Under the pieces are notes generated by a model, which did no database searches, was not told the DNA's origin, and saw nothing but the letters and a program-made list of their open reading frames with translations. Positions 1 to 7,400 of a stretch of DNA of 33,196 nt are shown here, piece after piece. Origin of the DNA: a bacterium (GTDB lineage Bacteria; Acidobacteriota; Blastocatellia; HR10); assembly GCA_041640655.1 (NCBI GenBank), contig JBEPZV010000029.1:1-33196 (forward strand), given 5' to 3'. Each line of letters opens with the position of its first letter. The first letter of the stretch is position 1. The translations under genes were made by a program, and so were the position numbers.

Positions 1-824
1 TCAGCATACGCGCGCGAGACGCGCGCCCATGAGCCGTGTCGCACCAGATATTGGACGAAGGCCGCCCCATAGGTGTACGGGAAGAGCAAGCTCTCGCGCA
101 CGGCGGCCGGAGCGCTCTGTAGGACTCGACTCCGCTCATCGTCCATCGCTTGAAGTCGCTCGAAGACGGCGGTGAGGGGAACGGGGATCGTGGTCAGGTC
201 CATGCCCTGCGGCTTCAAGATATAGGTGAGCATCACGCCCATCGCCTCGCCTTCGATCAGCGCGTGGATGGCCAGGTCGCGATCGCTCTCTCCTTTGGGG
301 CCATCCTCGAACCGCCGCAGATCGAAATGTTGATCCTGAAGCGCATGGACCAGCTCATGCACCATGACCCATCGCTGTTCCTCCGGCGTCAACCAGTCGG
401 CCAGATAGAGCGTCTTCGTCCTCGGGCGATAGTATCCGGCGACCTGCTCGGTCAGGATCCGCAGCAGCAGATCGCGGTAGTCGAATCCGGGCGGCGCGAG
501 GCCGAAGGCGATGAGGGCTTTCGCCGCGGCGTCGAACTCCTCGGGCGAGATCTTCCTGTTCACATCTTCGCGCAGGTGGCGTTCGATTTCCGCGCGAGAC
601 TGAAGACCCGCATTCACGGGATGCCGCACCGGTAGGCCGCGGAGACGGCTGACCTCGGTGAGGATCTCCTCGACCAGACTCAGGGTGTTCGAGCGAACCG
701 TTTGCTCGGACGTCGAGCGTCGCTCCGGAGATGAGGCGGCGGACAGGAGCAGAAGAAGGAGACAACCGCTCGCATAGGCGATCCGCCGTCGCAGCGACCG
801 GGAGGCATCGTTTCGTTTTGACAT
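1..824 (-). CDS. Secreted putative zinc metallopeptidase (HExxH), 3' end runs off the window
   Basis: Not in the ORF track because it has no stop in the window. Manual translation from ATG 824: MSKRNDASRSLRRRIAYASGCLLLLLLSAAS (signal peptide-like)...QVAGYY...VMVHELVHALQDQHFDL...ALIEGEA...LLFPYTYG. AAGGA SD upstream. Confidence 0.8.
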   Translation of the reverse strand, partial: MSKRNDASRSLRRRIAYASGCLLLLLLSAASSPERRSTSEQTVRSNTLSLVEEILTEVSRLRGLPVRHPVNAGLQSRAEIERHLREDVNRKISPEEFDAAAKALIAFGLAPPGFDYRDLLLRILTEQVAGYYRPRTKTLYLADWLTPEEQRWVMVHELVHALQDQHFDLRRFEDGPKGESDRDLAIHALIEGEAMGVMLTYILKPQGMDLTTIPVPLTAVFERLQAMDDERSRVLQSAPAAVRESLLFPYTYGAAFVQYLVRHGSWARVSRAYA

Positions 825-855
825 CGTCGCGTCCTTGACCCTACATTTCACTTCG

Positions 856-884
856 TTTGTAGCTGAAGTCGAGGAGTTTGTCAA
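856..884 (-). promoter_or_regulatory. Sigma70-like promoter for the metallopeptidase gene
   Basis: TTGACA (884-879), 17 bp, TACAAA (861-856) on the minus strand. Confidence 0.5.
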
Positions 885-912
885 ACCGCCACGATGCGCA
901 GGGGATGACGGT

Positions 913-1329
913 ATGGATCAGGGAAATCGCGAGCCGGTTGAGGTGACGACGCGCGTGCGGTATGCGGAGACGGATCAGATGGGGGTGGCCTATTATGCGA
1001 ATCACTTCGTTTGGTTTGAGATCGGGCGCAGCGAGTTCTGTCGGCAACGCGGATTCGCCTATCGGCGGCTGGAGGAGGAGTTCGGGCTCTATCTGGTCGT
1101 GGTCGAGGCGCGGTGTCGGTATCTGGCCCCGGCTCGGTACGATGATGAGATCGTCATCCGCACCTGGCTCGGGGACCGACGCCGGCGATCGTTGAGTTTT
1201 CGGTACGAGATCCTCCATCGCGCGGATGGGCGAAAGCTCGCCGAGGGGGAGACGGTGCATGTCGTCGTGGATCGCGAGGGGCGCGCGCGGACGCTCCCCG
1301 AGCCCTTCATCGAACGCATGAGCCGCTGA
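913..1329 (+). CDS. Acyl-CoA thioesterase, YbgC/FadM (4HBT hotdog) family
   Basis: RVRYAETDQMGVAYYANHFVWFEIGR motif and YLAPARYDD; start taken as ATG 913. Confidence 0.9.
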   Translation: MDQGNREPVEVTTRVRYAETDQMGVAYYANHFVWFEIGRSEFCRQRGFAYRRLEEEFGLYLVVVEARCRYLAPARYDDEIVIRTWLGDRRRRSLSFRYEILHRADGRKLAEGETVHVVVDREGRARTLPEPFIERMSR

Positions 1330-1351
1330 GGGGCGTTTGCGGGCGGGTCGC

Positions 1352-1380
1352 TTGACAGCCTCGGAGGGGCGCGGCATATT
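1352..1380 (+). promoter_or_regulatory. Sigma70-like promoter of rodZ
   Basis: TTGACA (1352-1357), 17 bp, CATATT (1375-1380). Confidence 0.6.
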
Positions 1381-1402
1381 TACAGCGTCGGGGAGGGGGG
1401 AT

Positions 1403-2245
1403 ATGCAGACGGAACGGTTGACGCTCGGCCAGGAACTGCGCCGCCGCCGCGAAGCCAAGGGGATCGAGCTGCAGGACATCTCGAACGCGACGCGCGTGGC
1501 CGTGCGCTTCCTCCGCGCCATCGAGGAGGACGACTTCGCCGCCTTGCCGGGGGGGCTCTTCACCCGCTCCTTCATCCGAACCTACGCCCGTCATGTGGGG
1601 ATGGACGAGGAGGAGGCGATCGCCCGGTACTATGAGCAGACGGGACAGACGCGGGAAGAGATCCCGCGATACCCCTTCACGACGGTGGCGGCCGAGCGCG
1701 CGCGCTCGATCTTCTGGACGCGCGTCGTCGTCATCCTCTTCGTCGCGGGCGTGCTGGCTGTGGGGGGGTATGGAGGATGGCACTATTGGCAACGGGAGGG
1801 GAAACGCTTGTGGGAACAGCGAGGATCGCAGCCCGCACCTGTCCCGGAGAACCAGGAACCGGCTCGCGCCCCCGTGGCCCCTTCCTCCGAGAGCGTTTCG
1901 GCCCCCTCTTCTGTGAGCGCCGAGACGGAGCCGGCGACGGTCTCTCCCACCCCCGCGCCGAGCATCTCGTCGGTATCGCAGCCGCTGGAGATTCGGCTGG
2001 AGGCGACGGGGAACTGCTGGATCTCGGTCCAAGTGGACGATGAGCCGAAGCCGCGACAGGAGATGTTGCGCGCCGGCGATGTGCGCACGTTCAGGCCGCA
2101 GAAGCAAGTGCGCTTATCGGTTGGGAGCGTCCCCGCGCTGAAGGTGACGATCAATGGGCAACCGGCCCAGCTCCCATCGGTCGGACATGTCGCCCGCGGA
2201 GTGATCATCACGCCGGAGAACGCGCGGCAGTTCATCACGCCGTGA
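1403..2245 (+). CDS. rodZ: Cytoskeleton protein RodZ (HTH, single TM, Pro/Ser linker, C-terminal DUF4115-like domain)
   Basis: LGQELRRRREAKGIEL...LRAIEEDDFAALPGGLFTRSFIRTYARHVG HTH; TM VVVILFVAGVLAVGGYGGW; C-terminal CWISVQVD...LKVTINGQ; GGAGG SD before ATG 1403. Confidence 0.9.
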   Translation: MQTERLTLGQELRRRREAKGIELQDISNATRVAVRFLRAIEEDDFAALPGGLFTRSFIRTYARHVGMDEEEAIARYYEQTGQTREEIPRYPFTTVAAERARSIFWTRVVVILFVAGVLAVGGYGGWHYWQREGKRLWEQRGSQPAPVPENQEPARAPVAPSSESVSAPSSVSAETEPATVSPTPAPSISSVSQPLEIRLEATGNCWISVQVDDEPKPRQEMLRAGDVRTFRPQKQVRLSVGSVPALKVTINGQPAQLPSVGHVARGVIITPENARQFITP

Positions 2246-2341
2246 GCGATCCAGAAGAGCCGCCCTCGGCCGGAGGCGTCCGATGGCGCCTCCCGTGCAT
2301 CTAAGAGCATGGTGAAGCCACTTTGAACCGAGGAGGGAACC

Positions 2342-3022
2342 ATGAGGAAACGACTTGCAGCGCAGAGTCTGATGACGGTGCTCGCACTCTCGGTAGGGGT
2401 GCTCCCCCAGAGCGGGCACGAGGGAGCAAGGCCCTTGCGCGTCGCGGTGGCGCAGGAGAGCGTGCGTGTCCCCGTGGATACGCTCTTTCGGCTTCGGCTT
2501 CGACAAGGACTCAGCTCTCGAACGGCCCAAAAAGGGGATACCTTCACAGCGGAGGTCATCGCCCCTGTCGTCGTCGGGGAGGTGGTCGCTGTCCCTGTGG
2601 GGAGCATCGTGACGGGACGGGTGACCTCGGTCACGCGAGCGGCGCGGCGGCGAAGTGGAACCATCGCCGTCACATTCGAGGAGCTTCAGCTCCCTTCGGG
2701 ACAGAAGTACCGCATCTATGGATCGCTCGCCAGTCTGGAGACTCCCGAGGGAGAATCACGCGAAGTCGGTCAAGAGGGCGAGGTCAAAGGGAAGTCCTCG
2801 ATTAAGCGGGATGCCATCTTTATTGGAGGGGGTGCGGGCGTGGGTGCGGTCATTGGGGCGGCGGCCGGTGGCGGCAAAGGCGCGGGGGTTGGCGCGGCCA
2901 TTGGCGCCGGCTTGGGCACAGCAGCTGCGCTCCTGCGAAAGGGCGCCGAGGTGGAAGTCCCCTCGGGGACGGAGATCGGCATGGTGCTCGACCGCGAGCT
3001 GATTCTGCCGGCGCGCCGGTGA
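2342..3022 (+). CDS. Exported beta-rich protein with glycine zipper (TrbI/VirB10-like architecture), function unknown
   Basis: Signal peptide; LSSRTAQKGDTFTAEV...VPVGSIVTGRV; GGGAGVGAVIGAAAGGGKGAGVGAAIGAG glycine zipper; AGGAGG SD. Confidence 0.75.
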   Translation: MRKRLAAQSLMTVLALSVGVLPQSGHEGARPLRVAVAQESVRVPVDTLFRLRLRQGLSSRTAQKGDTFTAEVIAPVVVGEVVAVPVGSIVTGRVTSVTRAARRRSGTIAVTFEELQLPSGQKYRIYGSLASLETPEGESREVGQEGEVKGKSSIKRDAIFIGGGAGVGAVIGAAAGGGKGAGVGAAIGAGLGTAAALLRKGAEVEVPSGTEIGMVLDRELILPARR

Positions 3023-3033
3023 AGTGACGAATG

Positions 3034-3057
3034 GGGAGGGGATCGCTCACCCCTCCC
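3034..3057 (+). terminator. GC-rich hairpin after the glycine-zipper gene (possible terminator or processing site)
   Basis: GGGAGGGG-atcgctca-CCCCTCCC 8-bp stem; no U-tract. Confidence 0.3.
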
Positions 3058-3074
3058 TCGGTTGACGCCGTCGT

Positions 3075-4028
3075 ATGAGCATCTACGACCAGCGCCCGAT
3101 TGACCTCACACCGCTTCGCACGTACAGCCTCTTTGAGCGCCCGAGCAAGGTCAGCGTCCGCGATTTCGCGAAGCCGCATGAGCGAGGCGCTTCGGTGAAG
3201 GCCTTCCTGGAGAGTCTCCCGCGCGTGCTCGCGGGCGAAGACCTTCGAGCTCTTGTCGAGAGCGTTCATCGGGCGCGTCGGCGCGGCAAGCCGGTTCTCG
3301 TGGGATTGGGCGGGCACGTCATCAAATGTGGATTGGCCCCGATCCTCATTGATCTGCTGCGCCGACGGTTGATCACGGGGGTGGCGATGACCGGCGCGGG
3401 GCTGATCCACGACTTCGAGATCGCGCTCTGCGGCGCAACCTCTGAAGATGTGGATGCTTCCCTGGGCGAAGGGCAGTTCGGCATGGCTGAGGAGACGGGC
3501 CGATTGATCAACGAGGCCATCGGCGAGGGATATCGAGATGGCCTCGGATTGGGCGAAGCCCTCGGGCGCGCGCTGCATCGGCTCGATCCTCCGTACAAGG
3601 CCTTCTCGCTGCTGCACGCCGCATATGCCGAGCGCGTTCCGGTGACCGTGCACGTCAGTCTGGGCGCGGACATCACTCATCTTCATCCTTCGGCGAGCGG
3701 CGCGGCCATTGGCGCCACCAGCCATCGCGATTTTCTCCTCTTCTGCACCCTTGTGCGCGAGATGGACGGCGGTGGGGTCTATCTCAATCTCGGATCGGCC
3801 GTGATGCTGCCCGAAGTCTTCCTGAAGGCGGTCACCGTCGCGCGCAATCTCGGCGTGAAGCTGCGGGACATCACGACGGCGAACTTCGATTTCATCCAGC
3901 ACTATCGCCCGATGACGAACGTCGTGCGACGCCCGGTCGCCGGCGTGGGGCGCGGCTTCGCCCTGACGGGGCATCACGAGATCCTGATTCCCCTGCTGGC
4001 CGCCGCTCTCATTGAATGGGGCGAGTGA
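3075..4028 (+). CDS. Deoxyhypusine-synthase-like (DHS-like NAD-binding fold) conserved protein
   Basis: GLGGHVIKCGL, AMTGAGLIHDFEIAL, GSAVMLPEVFLKA, GHHEILIPLL resemble DHS-family segments. Confidence 0.65.
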   Translation: MSIYDQRPIDLTPLRTYSLFERPSKVSVRDFAKPHERGASVKAFLESLPRVLAGEDLRALVESVHRARRRGKPVLVGLGGHVIKCGLAPILIDLLRRRLITGVAMTGAGLIHDFEIALCGATSEDVDASLGEGQFGMAEETGRLINEAIGEGYRDGLGLGEALGRALHRLDPPYKAFSLLHAAYAERVPVTVHVSLGADITHLHPSASGAAIGATSHRDFLLFCTLVREMDGGGVYLNLGSAVMLPEVFLKAVTVARNLGVKLRDITTANFDFIQHYRPMTNVVRRPVAGVGRGFALTGHHEILIPLLAAALIEWGE

Positions 4029-4036
4029 GGGCGCGC

Positions 4037-4627
4037 TCAAACGCGGGGCGGGACCAATCCGGTTTGATCCTGGTATTTCCCCTGCCGATCTTCATAAGAG
4101 ACGTCGCACTCCTCATCGCTTTCGATGAAGATGATCTGCCCGATGCCCTCTTCGGCGTAAATGCGGACGGGCAGATCGGCCGAGTTCGAGATCTCCAGCA
4201 CCAGGCGGCCCCGCCAGCAGGGTTCCAGTGGCGTCGCATTGATGATGACGCCCGAGCGCGCATATGTGCTTTTGCCGAAGGCCAGGCCGATCACGCGCCG
4301 GGGGATATTGAAGGTCTCGACCGTGACTCCCAGCGCGTAGGAGAGCGGCGGCAGGAGCCAATATTGCGACCCATCCTCGGCCGTCCGCAGCGGCGCTTCG
4401 ATGAGGCTACTCGTGTCGAAGTTCTTGGGGTCAATCTCTCGCCCTTTGATCGGGGAGAAGATGAAGAAGCCATCCTTCGCCAGGCGAATATCGTATCCGT
4501 AGCTGGAGAGGCCGGCGCTGATGATCCGTCGGCCTTCGACCTCGCGGATCAAGCGTTCCTCGAAGGGAACGATCATGCCATATTCCAGAGCCATGCGACG
4601 AATCCATTTGTCCGATTTCACCGGCAT
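4037..4627 (-). CDS. dcd: dCTP deaminase
   Basis: KSDKWIRRMA, ISAGLSSYGYDIRL, GKSTYARSG, TPLEPCWRG, YEDRQGKYQDQTG. Confidence 0.95.
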   Translation of the reverse strand: MPVKSDKWIRRMALEYGMIVPFEERLIREVEGRRIISAGLSSYGYDIRLAKDGFFIFSPIKGREIDPKNFDTSSLIEAPLRTAEDGSQYWLLPPLSYALGVTVETFNIPRRVIGLAFGKSTYARSGVIINATPLEPCWRGRLVLEISNSADLPVRIYAEEGIGQIIFIESDEECDVSYEDRQGKYQDQTGLVPPRV

Positions 4628-4642
4628 GGCGACCTCCTGAGC

Positions 4643-6193
4643 TCACGGATGAGATTCGCGCGAAGGGTTCTCGTCACGGCCGATGTTCGCGGCCAGACCG
4701 GCGATCGTGACTCTCGCCAGTTCGTGGAAGAACGGGATCTTCGACAGCGATCGCCGTCGGTCGCGGAGGGCCTTCCAGAGGGCGAGCGTCGCCTTCCAGG
4801 GATAGGTCGAGCGAGGCGCGCGGCCGCCGATCAGGTGCAGGAGGAATTCGGCCGTCAGCGCGAATCGCCGCACCAGGGTCTCGCGTTCGGGCTCAATGAC
4901 CTCTTCGATGAAGGCGAGTACGATCTCCCGCGTGAGACGGAGGGACGTCGCTTCGAGCTTTCGCCGCGTGATGAACTCGCGAGCGGTCGGTGTGTCCATC
5001 CACCATTCCGAGAACGGGAAGACGGTGAGCAACCGATCAGACGTGGCCAGAAGCTCCGCGTACTGGCGGCGCACTTCCGCGAGCAGGAAGTCCGGGAACT
5101 CGGGGCGATATTCTTTAGGCGAGAGATCATCGTCTCCGAAGATCCGCCGCCGGAAGGCGAACTCCGGGCAGATGAAGGCGCGATGACGTCGGGCGATGAA
5201 GAGCGCATCGCGCACGAGGGTGCGCGCCTCCTCATAGCTGATGGGAACCAGGGGGGTCTCGCGGCGCATCAGCGCCACCACGCTTCGGTAGTCGCGCGGG
5301 GTGAGCCCGCGGGCGCTGAAGCATTCGGGGATGCCCTCGCGTTCGCTCAGCGTGAAGAGGGCGGCGTCGTATCGGCCGCCCTCGCCTTCTCGGGCGATGA
5401 GCACGAGCTGATTCCCATAGCCGTCTATGTGAGTGAGCCAGCATTCCCGCACCGGTCCGGGGGCGGTGAAAAGAGGGGATGCGTGCAATCCCACCGCCCG
5501 CAGTCTCCGCAGCGCGCACTCGATCTCCCCCCAGAGCGTCTCGCGATGGTTGAAGAGATTCTCCAGGGTGAAGATCGTGCGTCCCGACGGGATGCGGGCG
5601 ATCTCAGCAATGGCCATGCGCGCCAGCTCCACATCCCGCGACTCCGCCACCGTCGCCAGCAGCGGCAGCGCCCGTTCGTCCCCTCGTTCGCCGAAGTGTT
5701 CGAGCCATTGCTGTTGCGAGTCTCGATCCCATTGCTCGAGGTCCGCGACGATGGGGGCGATGGCGTCCTCGTCCTCGGCGAGACCATCCAGGAGCCATCC
5801 CGTGAGCGTGCGGGAGATCGAGCGCGGGTCTTTGAACGCGCCCACCAGTTCGGGTGATGAGAGGCTCACGTTGTGGCGAAGGAGGAAGGGCAGCAGTCCC
5901 ACCTTCACCTCATCGGCGACCGAAGGATCGCGCATGATCTCCAGAGCATGCTCGAGGGCCCTCGGATCCTCCATCCGCTCGATGACAAAGATGATGAGGG
6001 AGGCCAGATCCGAATCCGCCGTCGTGCGCAGCGTCTTGAACAGGAGAGGGATGGCCTGGGCGTGTTCGCGCTCGATGCGTTTGGCCAATTCGGTGATCCG
6101 CGCATCCCATTGGTCCGGAGTCAGCGTGCTCTTCAAGAGCCGATCCAGCTCGTTCACGATCCGAAAGTAGCTGTGCATAGCTCGCTTCCTCAT
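4643..6193 (-). CDS. Hypothetical protein with N-terminal HEAT/PBS-lyase-like repeats
   Basis: 516-aa ORF with helical repeats (MEDPRALEHALEIM; RGDERALPLLATVAE); GGGAG SD; 15 bp upstream of dcd. Confidence 0.7.
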   Translation of the reverse strand: MRKRAMHSYFRIVNELDRLLKSTLTPDQWDARITELAKRIEREHAQAIPLLFKTLRTTADSDLASLIIFVIERMEDPRALEHALEIMRDPSVADEVKVGLLPFLLRHNVSLSSPELVGAFKDPRSISRTLTGWLLDGLAEDEDAIAPIVADLEQWDRDSQQQWLEHFGERGDERALPLLATVAESRDVELARMAIAEIARIPSGRTIFTLENLFNHRETLWGEIECALRRLRAVGLHASPLFTAPGPVRECWLTHIDGYGNQLVLIAREGEGGRYDAALFTLSEREGIPECFSARGLTPRDYRSVVALMRRETPLVPISYEEARTLVRDALFIARRHRAFICPEFAFRRRIFGDDDLSPKEYRPEFPDFLLAEVRRQYAELLATSDRLLTVFPFSEWWMDTPTAREFITRRKLEATSLRLTREIVLAFIEEVIEPERETLVRRFALTAEFLLHLIGGRAPRSTYPWKATLALWKALRDRRRSLSKIPFFHELARVTIAGLAANIGRDENPSRESHP

Positions 6194-6369
6194 CTCGCTC
6201 CCTGATGAAAGAGCGCCCGACCTTCCCCAGACGCAGCGGGATCATGCGCTCGCGTCCCACCGCTCCGAAGGTCGCAGCGGAAAGCCCTCCCGCTTCAACC
6301 GAAGCCCCCGCGCTCCGGTCGTGATGTCGATCTCCTTCAGGCAGCCGTCCTCGCACCAGCACCGTGCGA

Positions 6370-6398
6370 ATTAGAGTACGATTCGGTCGCGGCGTCAA
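6370..6398 (-). promoter_or_regulatory. Sigma70-like promoter for the HEAT protein-dcd unit
   Basis: TTGACG (6398-6393), 17 bp, TCTAAT (6375-6370). Confidence 0.45.
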
Positions 6399-6409
6399 GC
6401 GCTCCCGTC

Positions 6410-6952
6410 TCATCCGAAATCGGCGCACGAGAGCACCGGAGCCTCTGGATCGTGTTCGACATCTTCCAGGGTCCGCCCGGAGAGGGCCGAGTGGGGCGCC
6501 ACCTCCGTGATCGCGTAGTCCTCGCGAGCCTCCGCGTCGCGCTCTTTGATGAGCAGCCAGGCATTCTCCGAACGCCCTTTCAACCGGACAAGAGCCCATC
6601 GCCCGCGCAGTTTCTGCCCGTGCAGGATGAATTTCAACGCGCCCGCCTGCAGCGCGCGCTGTGGGTCTTCGCCCGCTCGCTGCATCTCCCATCGCCCGTA
6701 ATCCCAGACGATCACGGTGCCGGCGCCGTAGCTCCCCGGCGGGATCTTCCCCTCGAACGTCGCGTATCCGAGGGGGTGATCGTCCGTGCGCACGGCGAGC
6801 CGTCTCTCGCGCGGCGAGAGTGACGGCCCTTTGGGGATGGCCCAGGATGCGAGCACGCCCCCGATCTCCAGGCGGAAGTCATAATGCAAACGCGAAGCGC
6901 GATGCTTCTGGACGACGAAGATCGGCGGGGCCAGCTCGGGGAAGGGCCGCAT
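6410..6952 (-). CDS. Stand-alone LigD 3'-phosphoesterase (DNA polymerase/ligase N-terminal domain) protein
   Basis: FVVQKHRASRLHYDFRLE, SWAIPKGPS, DHPLGYATFEGKIP..YGAGTVIVWDYG; no polymerase or ligase domain. Start ATG 6952 preferred; 7009 is possible. Confidence 0.9.
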   Translation of the reverse strand: MRPFPELAPPIFVVQKHRASRLHYDFRLEIGGVLASWAIPKGPSLSPRERRLAVRTDDHPLGYATFEGKIPPGSYGAGTVIVWDYGRWEMQRAGEDPQRALQAGALKFILHGQKLRGRWALVRLKGRSENAWLLIKERDAEAREDYAITEVAPHSALSGRTLEDVEHDPEAPVLSCADFG

Positions 6953-6977
6953 CGTCCGCCGAGCGCGTGTCGGAAGC

Positions 6978-7400
6978 TCACCCTCCGCCTTCTTCTTCTT
7001 CGATCTCATAGGTCATGGTGACGGTCGTCGCCGCGCCGAGCATCGCGGAGACGCTGCAGTATTTCGTCTCGGAGAGGTGAACGGCTTCGCGCACGGCCGC
7101 CTCGGCGATGTTCCGCCCGCGCACGATGTGACGCACGACGATATTTTGCCAGATGCGCGGATAAGCGTCGCGCTGTTCGGCGGAGACCCGCACCTCATAG
7201 TGCGTCACCTGCTGCCGCTTCTTCCTCAAGATCGTCGCGACATCTGTCCCCGTGCACGCGCCCAGGGCGAGCAGAAGAAGCTGCATGGGACCGGGAGCGC
7301 TATCCCGCTCTCGATCCGCGTCAATGACGATCGCGCGACCGCTCGGCGAATGACCGATGAAGAGATGATCCTCGACGAGTACGACTCGGACTTCCGGCAT
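6978..7400 (-). CDS. OsmC/YhfA family protein
   Basis: PGPMQLLLLALGACTGTDV...LSETKYCSVSAML two-Cys motif; ATG overlaps the upstream stop (TGATG). Confidence 0.9.
   Translation of the reverse strand: MPEVRVVLVEDHLFIGHSPSGRAIVIDADRERDSAPGPMQLLLLALGACTGTDVATILRKKRQQVTHYEVRVSAEQRDAYPRIWQNIVVRHIVRGRNIAEAAVREAVHLSETKYCSVSAMLGAATTVTMTYEIEEEEGGG

Noticed and set aside
4037..4627. Anti-phage dCTP deaminase defence system
   Set aside because: The sequence is the canonical housekeeping Dcd, with no kinase or CDA-fold domain.
4016..5857. 613-aa plus-strand ORF and similar long antisense ORFs (13883-15601, 15617-17392, 17392-19269, 19285-21123, 28648-30189, 30382-32658)
   Set aside because: They are shadow frames opposite well-supported genes, expected at high GC, with no protein motifs.
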